A DNA stretch of 33,337 nt from NCBI RefSeq assembly GCF_006345805.1, contig NW_021836025.1, positions 1 through 33,337 on the forward strand. Direction: 5' to 3'. The DNA is from Octopus sinensis (lineage: Eukaryota). Position numbers and translations under genes: made by a program. This document shows, in pieces, positions 1 to 11,360 of this stretch. The notes beneath the pieces are model-generated. The model made no database searches. It was not told where the DNA came from and saw only the letters and a program-made list of their open reading frames with translations. How positions within the stretch are numbered: position 1 is the first letter of the stretch; the number at the start of each line of letters is the position of its first letter.

Positions 1-237
1 GTTAATGTCTACCACCATCACCAGCTCTACCACCACCACCACCACCACCACTACCACCACCACCACCACCACCACCACCACCGCAACCAGTACTACTACC
101 ACTACTAACTCTACCAACTCTATTTCTTCCACTGCTACTACCACCATCGCCACCACCACCACCACTACTAGCACCGGCACTAATACTACCACTACTGTTT
201 CCTCCAGTGTTACGTCAACAACCACAACAGCTAGACC

Positions 238-288
<51 letters not shown>

Positions 289-289
289 G
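1..289. repeat. Compound trinucleotide microsatellite, (ACC)n grading into (ACT)n
   Basis: Direct reading. The poly-T/poly-Y ORF 5..289 is its translation. Confidence 0.95.
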
Positions 290-976
290 TGCTTGATATA
301 ATCGATTCTATTTAGGTCATGTGTAATAGACCAGCCGCCGCACTGACAATCGTTGCTTCGATTCATTAGATATTAAATGGTTCCAATATTTCCACAAACC
401 ATTTATTTCCTATTAGTGTTCTGTTACACTTCTTCCATTACCATTCCATTGGAAAAATAATAAAAAAAATAACGTCGTCACATGATGATGTTATTTCGTT
501 CTTTAATACCAGTCACATGAGGAAAACCGTTCCGGCCGTGACCATTCTACCATTTACTCACACACAGTTATAAGACTATATTATTATTCACCAAATTAGT
601 CGATACGTGGTGGTGGTGGTGGTGGTGGTGGTGATGGTGGTGGTGATGGTGGGCGGAATGAGAATTTGAGGGAGACTTGATTCTATTTCTTGCAGGTTTA
701 GATAATCGGTAGATAATCTCAATCTGCAAGATTCCGAGAAAATTCCAGTGTACTTTTGTCGTGAGAGAAAAATAAATCTTGATGTGTGTGTGTGTGTGTG
801 TGCGCGCGTATGACTAGTTATAGATAACGGTCATTACATATTTTCTCTTTATTAGGCCATATATGGCTAACAGCTGTTTCCAGTAGTAATTATAGGTGCA
901 TTACTGATAGGTTTACTCAATTGGTCTGTTGATCAGTTGAGGAAAAAAGAATTATGCTACTTTCGTCAAATCCATA

Positions 977-1004
977 TTATATATATATATATAAATATAT
1001 ATAT

Positions 1005-1052
<48 letters not shown>

Positions 1053-1143
1053 TTTATATAAATATATATGTATATATATAAATATATATATGATATATAT
1101 ATATATATATATTATTATATATATATATATATACATATATATA

Positions 1144-1214
<71 letters not shown>
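977..1214. repeat. (AT)n microsatellite, about 240 bp
   Basis: Direct reading. Confidence 0.95.
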
Positions 1215-1228
1215 TACGCACACACATA

Positions 1229-1392
1229 TACGACGGTTTTCTTTCAGTTCCTTCTATCAAATCCAGTCACAAGGCTTTGGGCGGCCTGAGGCTATAGTCG
1301 AAGACACTTGCCCAAGGTGCTACGCAATGGGACTGAATCAGCTGTTATGTGGTTAGAAAGCAAACGTCTTACCGCACAGTCACGCCTGCGCC
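1229..1392 (-). mobile_element. tRNA-headed SINE, family B (local label), 5' half
   Basis: Minus strand reads GGCGCAGGCGTGACTGTGCGGTAAG...CCTTGGGCAAGTGTCTTC...GAAAACCGTCG. Homologous to the full copy at 30566-31003. Confidence 0.85.
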
Positions 1393-1421
1393 TATATATT
1401 ATTCACTATATACATACATAA

Positions 1422-1464
<43 letters not shown>

Positions 1465-3213
1465 CACATATATATGCGTCTTGGCCTAACAGCCCTTAAC
1501 GTTTGACTTCGTCGATTGCTTACTCTGTACGTCCACCCTGTCGTTGCTTGTACGTTCGAAACACTGACTCTCCAGATATGTTATACCTATAAAATTTTCC
1601 GGTTGCTTCTGCTAAATGAAGTTTTCCAATATTGTCGTTGAAAGCTCGAAATAGGGAGTAATTAACAGTCGACAACTGAGGAGGGGTTAAACTTCTTGTG
1701 GTATGTTGTCCCGTACTTGTCTCTCATTACGTGTTTACGTATTTTTCTCTCGTTGTTAATGTTCTGTTGTTATAGTAAATTGTTCGGTAATTTGTCCTGT
1801 TCTTATCGCTCGTGCATCTACGTATATTTTACTCGTTGGTGATGTTCTGTACTTGATGAATTCTGAAGATATCAAATGTCGGTAGAATGTTGTAGATATG
1901 CTAGCACCAAATTTAATTTAAACGTAGATCTGACTGTGGGGTGGGTCCTTTGCGTGGCATAAGTATAAACACAAATGGCGTTTAAAATTCAAGACAAATG
2001 CTTAGGTTGAATTTTATTCATGTTTTCTTGGAAGATTATATCATAATTTAGAATCAGCCATCATCAGGTAAGATTTTAAACCATCGACACGGGAAAATCC
2101 AGCATGCATTGGATATATAGGCAGTATATATGCAAACGTATATAGACGTTTCTGTCTTTTTTCTTTCTGCGATATTACTCGGTGAATGTTCTGTCAAACC
2201 TACTTTGACGAAAGGCTTATATATATGTGTTTGTGTGTATGTGTGTTTGTGTGTTTGTGTGTTTGTGTATATGTGTGTGTATGTGTATGTATATGTGTGA
2301 CTGTGTGTGTATGTGTATGTGTATATGTGTGTGTACGTTTAGTTATTCTAATCTTATAGTAATTATGGTGTTCCTCCGCTATTTAGACCGTCCGTGATTA
2401 GTTGAACGGGGAGAGAGGAAAGGAGAGGAGAGAGATAAGAGAGAGAGAGAGAAATGGAAGGGAAGAAAATGGGAGGTAGAGGGAGAGATGGTGGTGAGTG
2501 AAATGTATAATTTCTCTTTTAACTCAGTTGTTTCCCCCCGTTACTTAGCCCGTCTGTAACGCTTTACGTGATTAGTTGAAGGGAAAGGTGAAGAGCGAAA
2601 GAAAAAGGAGAGAAAAAGGTAAGACGAAGAATGAGAGAGAAAGAGGGAGAGTGCTGCGTATTAAGTCTATGAAATTGTGCATAAAGTATATAAAGTGCAT
2701 TAATTAATCATCATATTCCAATTTCATTCATTTTTCAGTGATAAACAAATGAGCAACTGTCTTTTGGTACAGACACAACACAGGCTACACTTTCAGGTTA
2801 TTTGGGGGGGATAAAATTTTCTGAAATAATCCAATAAGACTACCATTAATTCGGTGAAATATTCACGGGTCCTGCTAGTTATGTTAATTTGATAGCGCGT
2901 AGAGCATATTACCTACGTGGACACGAGGAGTTGTGGTCATTGTTTCGTCCTTTCCATAGTTCATTGACCCAGTGGAACATTGAAGACGTGAGAGCAGAAA
3001 GGAAAGAGGCAGGAATAGAACCTTCGATCTCATTATCCTGAGTTAATGTCATAGCCGCTAGAATACTAGTCTTCCCAGCTTATAAATACATACATACATA
3101 CATACATACAAACATGCATACATACATACAAATATATATATGTGTGTGTCTGTGTACACGTGCATGTATATATACGTACATACAGATATATATATATATC
3201 CATATACATACAA

Positions 3214-3259
<46 letters not shown>

Positions 3260-3270
3260 TATATATATAT

Positions 3271-3323
<53 letters not shown>

Positions 3324-3491
3324 GTTTAACAACTTAAAGGAAACTCCAGGGGAATAATTACAAGATAGCTAAATGTGGGCGTGAGCAGGCGTGTGGGTTA
3401 TATATATATATACATATATATATGGAGTGAGAGAGAGAGAGAGACAGAGAGTGAGAAAGAGAGAGATAGGGAGTCAGATAGACACATAGTT

Positions 3492-3564
<73 letters not shown>
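3492..3564. repeat. (GATA)n microsatellite
   Basis: Direct reading. Confidence 0.95.
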
Positions 3565-3921
3565 CATGACACCCTGTAGATTGCCAAATATTTATTCCAA
3601 TGTCATTGTAACTGTAAACAGAAAAAAAGCTTTTTGTCCCGCCAACTCGTTTAGTAACGTTCCATTGGTTCTCTGTTGACTTCAAAGAAACGCTTTAAAG
3701 TGTTCGAAAGTAAGCTACTTCCGGTTGCTTTCTTACACACTTCCATAAAAGAAAGCTTAGCACTTTATCAATAATAGACGGAATATGGAGGTTTTTCTAA
3801 TGGATATTTCGGCGTTTAATCATATTGTTCTAGTCCTTCTTGTTCGTTTTCATGCTTTGTTGTTGTTAAAGTTTATGCCTTTACCATATTAATGGTGATG
3901 GTAGCAGTCGTAGTAGCAGAA

Positions 3922-4402
3922 GACGGCGAGCTGGCAGAAACGTTAGCACGCCGGGCGAAATGCTTTGTGGTATTTCGTCTGCCGCTATGTTCTAAGTTCA
4001 AATTCTGCCGAGGTCGACGTTGCCTTTCATCGTTTTGGGGTGGATCAAATAAGTACCTATTTCTTTATTACCCACAAGGGGCTAAACATAGAGGGGACAA
4101 ACACGGACAGACATAGGTATTAAGTCGATTACATCGACCCCAGTGCGTAACTGGTACTTAATTTATCGACCCCGAAAGGATGAAAGACAAAGTCAACCTC
4201 GGCGGAATTTGAACTCACAACGTAACGACAAGCGAAATACCGTTAAGCATTTCGCCCGGCGTGCTAACGTTTCTGCCAGCTCTCCGCCTTGGATCAAATA
4301 AGTACTAGTTACGCACTGGGGTCGATGTAATCGACTTAATCCGTTTGTCTGTCCTTGTTTGTCCTCTCTGTGTTTATCCCCTTGTGGGTAGTAAAGAAAT
4401 AG
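3922..4402 (+). mobile_element. tRNA-headed SINE, family A (local label), interrupted by a nested antisense copy
   Basis: Head GGCGAGCTGGCAGAAACGTTAGC (A-box-like), B-box-like GTTCAAATTC, body resuming at 4291, 3' end AAAGAAATAG. Confidence 0.9.
4057..4290 (-). mobile_element. Full-length family A SINE nested inside another family A copy, 15-bp TSD
   Basis: GGATCAAATAAGTAC occurs at 4042-4056 and 4291-4305, flanking a reverse-complement full copy. Confidence 0.92.
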
Positions 4403-5322
4403 GTATTTTGTCTGCCGTTACGTTCTGAGTTCAAATTCCGCCGAGGTCGACTTTGCCTTTCATCCTTTCGGGGTCGATTAAATAAGTTCCAGTTACGCAC
4501 TGGGGTCGATGTAATCGACTTAATCCGTTTGCCTGTCCTTGTTTGTCCTCTCTGTGTTTAGCTCCTTGTGGGTAGTAAAGAAATAGGTATTTTGTCTGCC
4601 GTTACGTTCTGAGTTCAAATTCCGCCGAGGTCGACTTTGCCTTTCATCCTTTCGGGGTCGATTAAATAAGTTCCAGTTACGCACTGGGGTCGATGTAATC
4701 GACTTAATCCGTTTGCCTGTCCTTGTTTGTCCTCTCTGTGTTTAGCTCCTTGTGGGTAGTAAAGAAATAGGTATTTTGTCTGCCGTTACGTTCTGAGTTC
4801 AAATTCCGCCGAGGTCGACTTTGCCTTTCATCCTTTCGGGGTCGATTAAATAAGTTCCAGTTACGCACTGGGGTCGATGTAATCGACTTAATCCGTTTGC
4901 CTGTCCTTGTTTGTCCTCTCTGTGTTTAGCTCCTTGTGGGTAGTAAAGAAATAGGTATTTTGTCTGCCGTTACGTTCTGAGTTCCAATTCCGCCGAGGTC
5001 GACTTTGCCTTTCATCTTTTCGGAGTCGATTAAATAAGTACCAGTTACGCACTGGGATCGATGTAATCGACTTAATCCGTTTGTCTGTCCTTGTTTGTCC
5101 ACTCTGTGTTTAGCCTTAAGTGGGTAGTAAAGAAATAGGTATTTTGTCTGCCGTTACGTTCTGAGTCCAAATTCCGCCGACGTCGACTTTGCCTTTCATC
5201 CTTTCGAGGTCGATTAAATACGTACCAGTTACGCACCGAGGTCGATATAATCGACTCAATCTCTTTGTCTGTCCTTGTTTGTCCTCTCTATGTTTAGCCC
5301 CCTGTGGGCAATAAAGAAATAA
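4403..5322 (+). repeat. Tandem array of five 184-bp 5'-truncated family A SINE units
   Basis: Unit starts (GTATTT after AAAGAAATAG) at 4403, 4587, 4771, 4955 and 5139, an exact 184-bp period. Confidence 0.95.
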
Positions 5323-5693
5323 ATATATAATATTCACCCATCAAACTCATCATTTATGATATATATCTCAACAAATGTTATTCTTGAGGAGCTCCTTCTA
5401 ACATTGTTGCTTCTCATAAGATCATGTGGCGTTCTCGATGTTTACTAGAATGGCTACAAAATCGTTAGCCTTAGTTCCTCTTGTGCAGTTGGCCTATATG
5501 TGGTGCAACATGGCGTCTCCAGTAGCCCCGGTTTGCTTGTATCTTATATTTTTCTAGTTAAATTCTATTAGGAGATGTATAAAAAAAAATTGTTGAAATA
5601 TTTTGTGTTTTGTTGAATTTATTGCAGATTATTGCAGATTAATTTCAACAACAAAATCTTATGTGGACCCTTAAGAGTCATATAGACCCTGTT

Positions 5694-5822
5694 TAAGAAC
5701 TTGTACTTATTTTGTCAACCCCAAAAGTGATGAAAGGCAAAGTCGACCTCGGCGGCATTTGAACTTAGAACGTGCCAATAACATTTGTCCGTCGTGCGAG
5801 CGATTCTACCAAGCTTACCGCC
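5694..5822 (-). mobile_element. Diverged family A SINE, 5' fragment
   Basis: Contains GAAAGGCAAAGTCGACCTCGGCGGCATTTGAACT, the reverse complement of the family A core. Confidence 0.75.
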
Positions 5823-6335
5823 CACAACAGTAAAATAACAAAACCAATGTACTATTATTCCAGACACCTGATTCTGAAAAGGCTAGAATTGCTCGTCTTT
5901 TAGTCTACTCAGACTTTCAGAAGAAGGATTCGCAATGAATGGACGAGACTGCGTGTTGAGAAATATGTATAGTGTAAGTAGTGTGAAGTGTATTGTCTCT
6001 AAGTACGTAACGTAGCGTCTGCAGACGAGAGCTAATTCAAGAATGACTGGCCAGTAACATGGTGCAGACTCATGTCTCTTCAGACACACACTTGCTATTA
6101 TTGGCCGCCATTATTGTATTTCTCCTCGAGTAGGCGAAGAGAAAATGTATAAGCTGAAGTTTCTGGAGAAGTACCACGTGGGCAAATACATTCATACTTA
6201 CAGATACACAGGCATATACATACATATATGCACCATACGTACACACACATATGCACATATATTAAAACATATGTCTGTTTTTATACACATATGAATGTAT
6301 GTATATATATATATATATACACATACACACACACA

Positions 6336-6371
<36 letters not shown>

Positions 6372-6718
6372 TACACATATATATATAAATATATATACGC
6401 ATTTATGTAATATATACATACATACACTTGCAGGATGTGCTTGTTCTTATGAATAAGAGTATTCTAACAGTAAATAAAGTAGCGAATGGTTAAAGAGACA
6501 CAGTTGGTTATACCGATTTATAACGACGCTACATTGAAGGTTTCTAAAACTCATTCGATCATTTCGTTCCTCTCCTTCGATCTTACAAGGGCGAAAACAT
6601 GCATGTGGGTCAATGAGTAAATCTCGAAGGTTGTCGGCGACAAAAATAATTCATGAGATATATTTAAAGCACAAAAACGACGGTTTGAACATCCGGGGTG
6701 CATTTTCTTTTATAATTA

Positions 6719-7097
6719 TAGGCGCATGTGTGGCTGTGTGGTAAGACGTTGGCTTCGCAACCGCATGGCTCCGGGGTTCAGTCCCACCGCGTTGTACTTT
6801 GGACAAGTATCTTCTGCGATAGCCACGGGCCTACCAAAACCTTGTGAGTGGATTTGGTTGACAGAAAATGTGTTTGTACGACTGTGTGTCTTCATGTCTG
6901 AGTTTGTTCCCCACTACCACTTGACAACCGGTGCTGGATGGTTTACGTTCCAATAAGGTAGCAGATCGGCATAAAGGGTTGATAGAATGAGTTCCAAACT
7001 TTAATAAAAATTAACAAATGCTGGGGTCGATTGCTTCGACTAAGATTCTTCAAAGTGGTGTCCCAACATGGCCACAGTCTAATAACTGAAACGAGTA
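6719..7097 (+). mobile_element. Family B SINE, near full length, diverged
   Basis: Head GGCGCATGTGTGGCTGTGTGGTAAG, B-box-like GGTTCAGTCCC, tail CATGGCCACAGTC...ACTGAAACGAGTA. Confidence 0.85.
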
Positions 7098-7162
7098 TTT
7101 TTTAGGAGAAGGCCATTTAATGTTAGCCATTAATTGTTAGACCCCAGGAATAATTAAGCTGT

Positions 7163-7528
7163 TACTCTATTACTTGTTTCAGTCATTTGACTACGGCCAT
7201 GCTGCAGCACCGCCTTAAAAGGTTTTAATCGAACAAATCGACCCCAGGACTTGTTCTTAGTAAACCTAGTAGTTATTCTGTCGTTCTCCTTTTACCGAAC
7301 CGCTAACTTAGGGGGACGTAAACACCAACATCGGTGTCAAGCGATGGTAGGGGGACAAACACGGATACACACACACATATATATATGCGGTGGGCTTCTT
7401 TCAGTTTCCGTCAACCAAGTCCACTCACAAAGCTTTGGACGGCCCCAGGCCATAGTAGAAGACACTTGCCCAAGGTGCCACGCAGAGGGACTGAACTCGG
7501 AACCATGTGGTTGGGAAGCATGTTTCTT
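7163..7528 (-). mobile_element. Family B SINE, tail-to-tail with the 6719-7097 copy
   Basis: Reverse-complement homology to 30566-31003 over about 360 bp. Confidence 0.87.
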
Positions 7529-7653
7529 AAGAAAGAAACTCGGTTCAGATTCATCTGCTGCAAATTTCTGAGCAGACGTGTTTATGTCTTACATTGTACG
7601 AGTGTAGTAGAACGGAAGAGGTGAGAGACTGTTTCTTTCGTCTCACCGACTCT

Positions 7654-7708
7654 ACAACATACAGAGACTAGTTTCAGAGCCATTGCTCATCATCAGTCTG
7701 GATGTCAC
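7654..7708 (-). ncRNA. Minimal type I hammerhead ribozyme motif, near-intact
   Basis: Minus strand: GUGACAUCCAGA-CUGAUGA-U-GAGC AAUG GCUC-U-GAAA-CUAG-UC/UCUGUAUGUUGU. All conserved core bases are present. Stem II has 4 bp; stem III is the palindrome ACUAGU; stem I pairs 11 of 12 (8 Watson-Crick, 3 GU). Predicted cleavage between 7666 and 7665. Confidence 0.8.
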
Positions 7709-8137
7709 ATTAAGTTGACAACATACTATCACTTTATCGTGCTGCTACTGCATAAATCTCTCTGAGAGATTTAGAAATATATTATTTCTATTTTCAAAAA
7801 TCAGTGAATGTATTTCACTTGAAATATGTTTTCAAAGGCGGATAGCCATCGACAGCTAGCAAGCCATGCTACTCCAGACTGATGATGAACAATGACTCTG
7901 AAACTAATCTCTGAATGCTGGCTTTGCTGGGTGAAGGTGCTTGTCTCCCCTTTGAAAGCATAAGGACACAGGAAATGTGTCAAGTCCAACAGGTAACGGT
8001 GTTTCCTAGGGCTAAATAACAGATGCATTTTCCCCTTTCATGGGATTGCTACATTAAGTTGACAACAAACCATCACTTTATCGTGCTGCTACTGCATAAA
8101 TCTCTCTGAGAGATTTAGAAATGTATTATTTCTATTT
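7707..8137 (+). repeat. 87-bp direct repeat (7707-7793 and 8051-8137), 344-bp period
   Basis: ACATTAAGTTGACAAC...ATTATTTCTATTT occurs twice with few substitutions. Each copy contains the perfect hairpin TAAATCTCTC-T-GAGAGATTTA. Confidence 0.9.
7862..7923 (+). ncRNA. Decayed type I hammerhead motif, inverted relative to 7654-7708
   Basis: TCCAGA-CTGATGA-T-GAAC AATG ACTC-T-GAAA-CTAA-TC-TCTGAATGCTGGCT. Core intact, but three G-to-A changes break stems II and III. Confidence 0.65.
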
Positions 8138-8397
8138 ATTATATGGTTTGGAACTTGACCAACGATGAAGGAATGCAAATCATCAAGCAACACCATACTT
8201 ATCTTTGCGCAACCCTCTATACCTGTTGCCTGCGTATAACCATTGGCCAAATGGTTAAAAGGTTTGCGTTGCAATCATAAAGGCCGGGGTTTTGTACCAT
8301 GCTGTTGCACACTGAATCAAAGACTTTTATCATAGCTTCAGGATAATCCAAGATTTGTGGGTGTATTTGGAGAGATGGAAACTGGTGAAGACATAGT

Positions 8398-8781
8398 GGA
8401 AGCACTCCGTCGTTTACGACGACGAGGGTTCCGGTTGATCCGAATCAACGGAACAGCCTGCTCGTGAAATTAACGTGTAAGTAGCTGAGCACTCCTCAGA
8501 CACGTGTACCCTTAACGTAGTTCTCGGAGATAGTCAGCGTGACACAGAGAGTGACAAGGCCGGCCCTTTGAAATACAGGTACAACAGAAACAGGAAGTAA
8601 GAGTGAGAGAAAGTTGTGGTGAAAGAGTACAGCAGGGATCACCACCATCCCCTGCCGGAGCCTCGTGAAGCTTTAGGTGTTTTCGCTCAATAAACACTCA
8701 CAACGCCCGGTCTGGGAATCGAAACCGCGATCCTATGACCGCGAGTCCGCTGCCCTAACCACTGGGCCATTGCGCCTCCAC
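8398..8781 (-). mobile_element. Full-length tRNA-headed SINE, family C (local label), 11-bp TSD
   Basis: Minus strand has A-box TGGCCCAGTGG and B-box-like GGTTTCGATTCC. TSD GAAGACATAGT at 8387-8397 and 8782-8792. Confidence 0.92.
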
Positions 8782-9524
8782 GAAGACATAGTAACAGTGA
8801 TGTGTAGATGTGGGATGTTGCTTCGGTTAAAATTATAGCCGTTATGAACTTCGTTTAGGTAAGGGGTTGGGGGTAGTTTGGCAGAGAAAATAGGGAGGAG
8901 AAAATATTAATTAAAATCAAAATGAATAAACAAGAAAAGCCAAACTACGGAATATGATGACAGGAAATTGTTGAAAATATTTATAAGCAAATTCTAGAGG
9001 ATGGTCATGAACGGAAAGGCAACATAAGTAGGAATAATGAAGGTGAGGAAATGATATTATATGGTGAAGAGGAAGAAGAAGAAGAAGAAGAAGAAGAAGG
9101 AGGAGGAGGAGGAGGAGGAGGAGGAAGAGATGATGAAGAAGGAGGGTTGGGATGGGGTTGTGGAAGTGATCAAATAAGTGATGTCATGCACCAAAGAATG
9201 GAAGAAGAGAATGGAAGTATCGTTTCAAAATCAACTCAACAGCACTACACCCCCACCACCCCCACCACCACTACCACCACCACCACCACCACCACCATCA
9301 CCATCATCACCACCATCACCACCACGTCCATCACCAACATATTTCAGCGGCTTGTCTTAATGGCGAAAGAATCAATAACAGATCTATATAGTTATTACAA
9401 GGGATCACACAGCAATCGCATTGATCTGAGTACGGCGAAAGCCAACATCAAAGAACCACCATTCAACTCAAGAAGCAATGATTGAAATCGAAAATACAAC
9501 CAACAAATAGATGGTATCGCAACC

Positions 9525-9562
<38 letters not shown>

Positions 9563-9628
9563 GTTGTTATTATTATTATTATTATCATCATCATCACCAC
9601 CACCACCACCACCACCACCACCATCATC

Positions 9629-9678
<50 letters not shown>

Positions 9679-9701
9679 ACATCATCATCATCATCATCAT
9701 C
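9525..9701. repeat. Compound microsatellite (ATT)n-(ATC)n-(ACC)n-(ATC)n
   Basis: Direct reading. It explains the overlapping homopolymer ORFs at 9395-9908. Confidence 0.95.
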
Positions 9702-10041
9702 ATTTTATTTTATTTTATTTTCTGCTTTTCTTTTTTCTCTTATTCACTCTTTGCTATCAAATTCCTTCTCATCCTCTCCTATATATATATCCGTATCATA
9801 TATATATATAAACACACACATACACGCACTCATATATACAATCATACAATCATACATACACACATCAGTGCAGTACGGGCTTTTGTTTCTTTTATAGTAA
9901 AGATCTAAGTTAGACTTAGTGGTTTCCATTGTTAGTAAAATTACATTTCAACCCTTGGAAAGAAAAGTACACACTTTCGGTTAAACACCCGATCTTTCCT
10001 TGAGTCGAATCTCAGTACTAAGATATTGACACACACACACA

Positions 10042-10096
<55 letters not shown>

Positions 10097-10155
10097 ATAT
10101 ATATATATATCAAATAATTATTTCCATTATATGCAAAAGGAGACTCATTTGCATA

Positions 10156-10745
10156 TTTTTTCCTTCACATAAATACAAATTTACTCACACACACATACGC
10201 ATACAGATGCCCTCATACAGACATTCGCATACAAATATGATTATACGTATATAGTAAAGACACCCTGTCGGTCATGAATGACCATGGGATTGCACCTAGA
10301 ATGTTCCCTTCCGAGGCCCAAGTCCGGGCAAAGTTGTTTATGGAAGACCTGCAATCGCCCATGTATATCAGCCTACTCTCTCCACGCCACTGGCGTTACC
10401 CAAGGGAAAAGAAAAGGGGCCGATACAGCTTTTTTCTTTCACATTATTACAAATTTACTCACACACACATACGCATACAGATGCCCTCATACAGACATTC
10501 GCATACAAATACGATTATACGTATATAGTAAAGACCCCTGACGGTCATGAATGACCATGGGATTGCACCTAGAATGTTCCCTTCCGAGGCCCAAGTCCGG
10601 GCAAAGTTGTTTATGGAAGACCTGCAATCGCCCATGCATACCAGCCTACTCTCTCCACGCCACTGACGTTACCCAAGGGAAAAGTAAAGGGGCCGATACA
10701 GCTTGGCACCAGTGATATCACTGGAGCCGCGTGAAATAATGTGTC
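10156..10745 (-). mobile_element. Headless SINE 3' portion plus flank, locally duplicated with a 274-bp period
   Basis: TACAAATTTACTCAC starts at 10174 and 10448. 10725-10748 is the reverse complement of the AAGACAC..ATTTCACG..GCTCCAGT domain seen in the 16455 SINE. Confidence 0.75.
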
Positions 10746-11296
10746 TTTTCTATACATATTTGTGCACGTACAACGATAAATCGTCGTACAATGCAAGTGA
10801 ACACTTTTTGATGCAAGTCTGACGAAGTGATGCACTCTAATGTAAAAAAAAAATCCGCAAATATTACGTAAATCTTCACATGAAATAGATACGTAGAGTG
10901 GCGCTAAAACGGAGCTGTAACGAAACAGTTGTAGTCATTAATGATGTCCTAAAATCTTGTTTCGTCTCTTTATTTGGATTACATATTCGTATTCAAAAAT
11001 ATTATGTGCACACAAGAGAGTATGTAGGAGAAAGGGAGAGAGAGAGAGAGAAAGTTGGGGAGCACAGAGTAAGTGTGTGAGAGAGAGGGAGAGTGCGGGA
11101 GCGAGACTATTTCTTTAAATCCAATTTGTTGATATAAATCCTATTGAATGAACTTATAAAACCGTTATCTGCGAATTTCTCTGCGATAGAAGGAAGCCAG
11201 TCCAGTGTCTGAAGAAGGATCCAAATCGTTAATTCCTGTTTTAATCCACAAAGCAAACGTAAGCCATGATGCAAGTTAACATAATTATTTACACAT

Positions 11297-11360
11297 AGGC
11301 GCAGGAATGGCTGTGTGGTAAGAAACTTGTTTCTCAACCACATGGTTCCGAGTTCAATAC
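11297..11360 (+). mobile_element. Family B SINE, head only
   Basis: GGCGCAGGAATGGCTGTGTGGTAAG...GGTTCCGAGTTCAAT. Confidence 0.75.

Noticed and set aside
4403-5322. CRISPR-like array
   Set aside because: The units are whole tandem SINE pieces with no unique spacers, in a eukaryotic context.
10819-10850. CTGACGA-AGTG ATG CACT hammerhead-like start
   Set aside because: There is no GAAA after stem II and no stem I partner.
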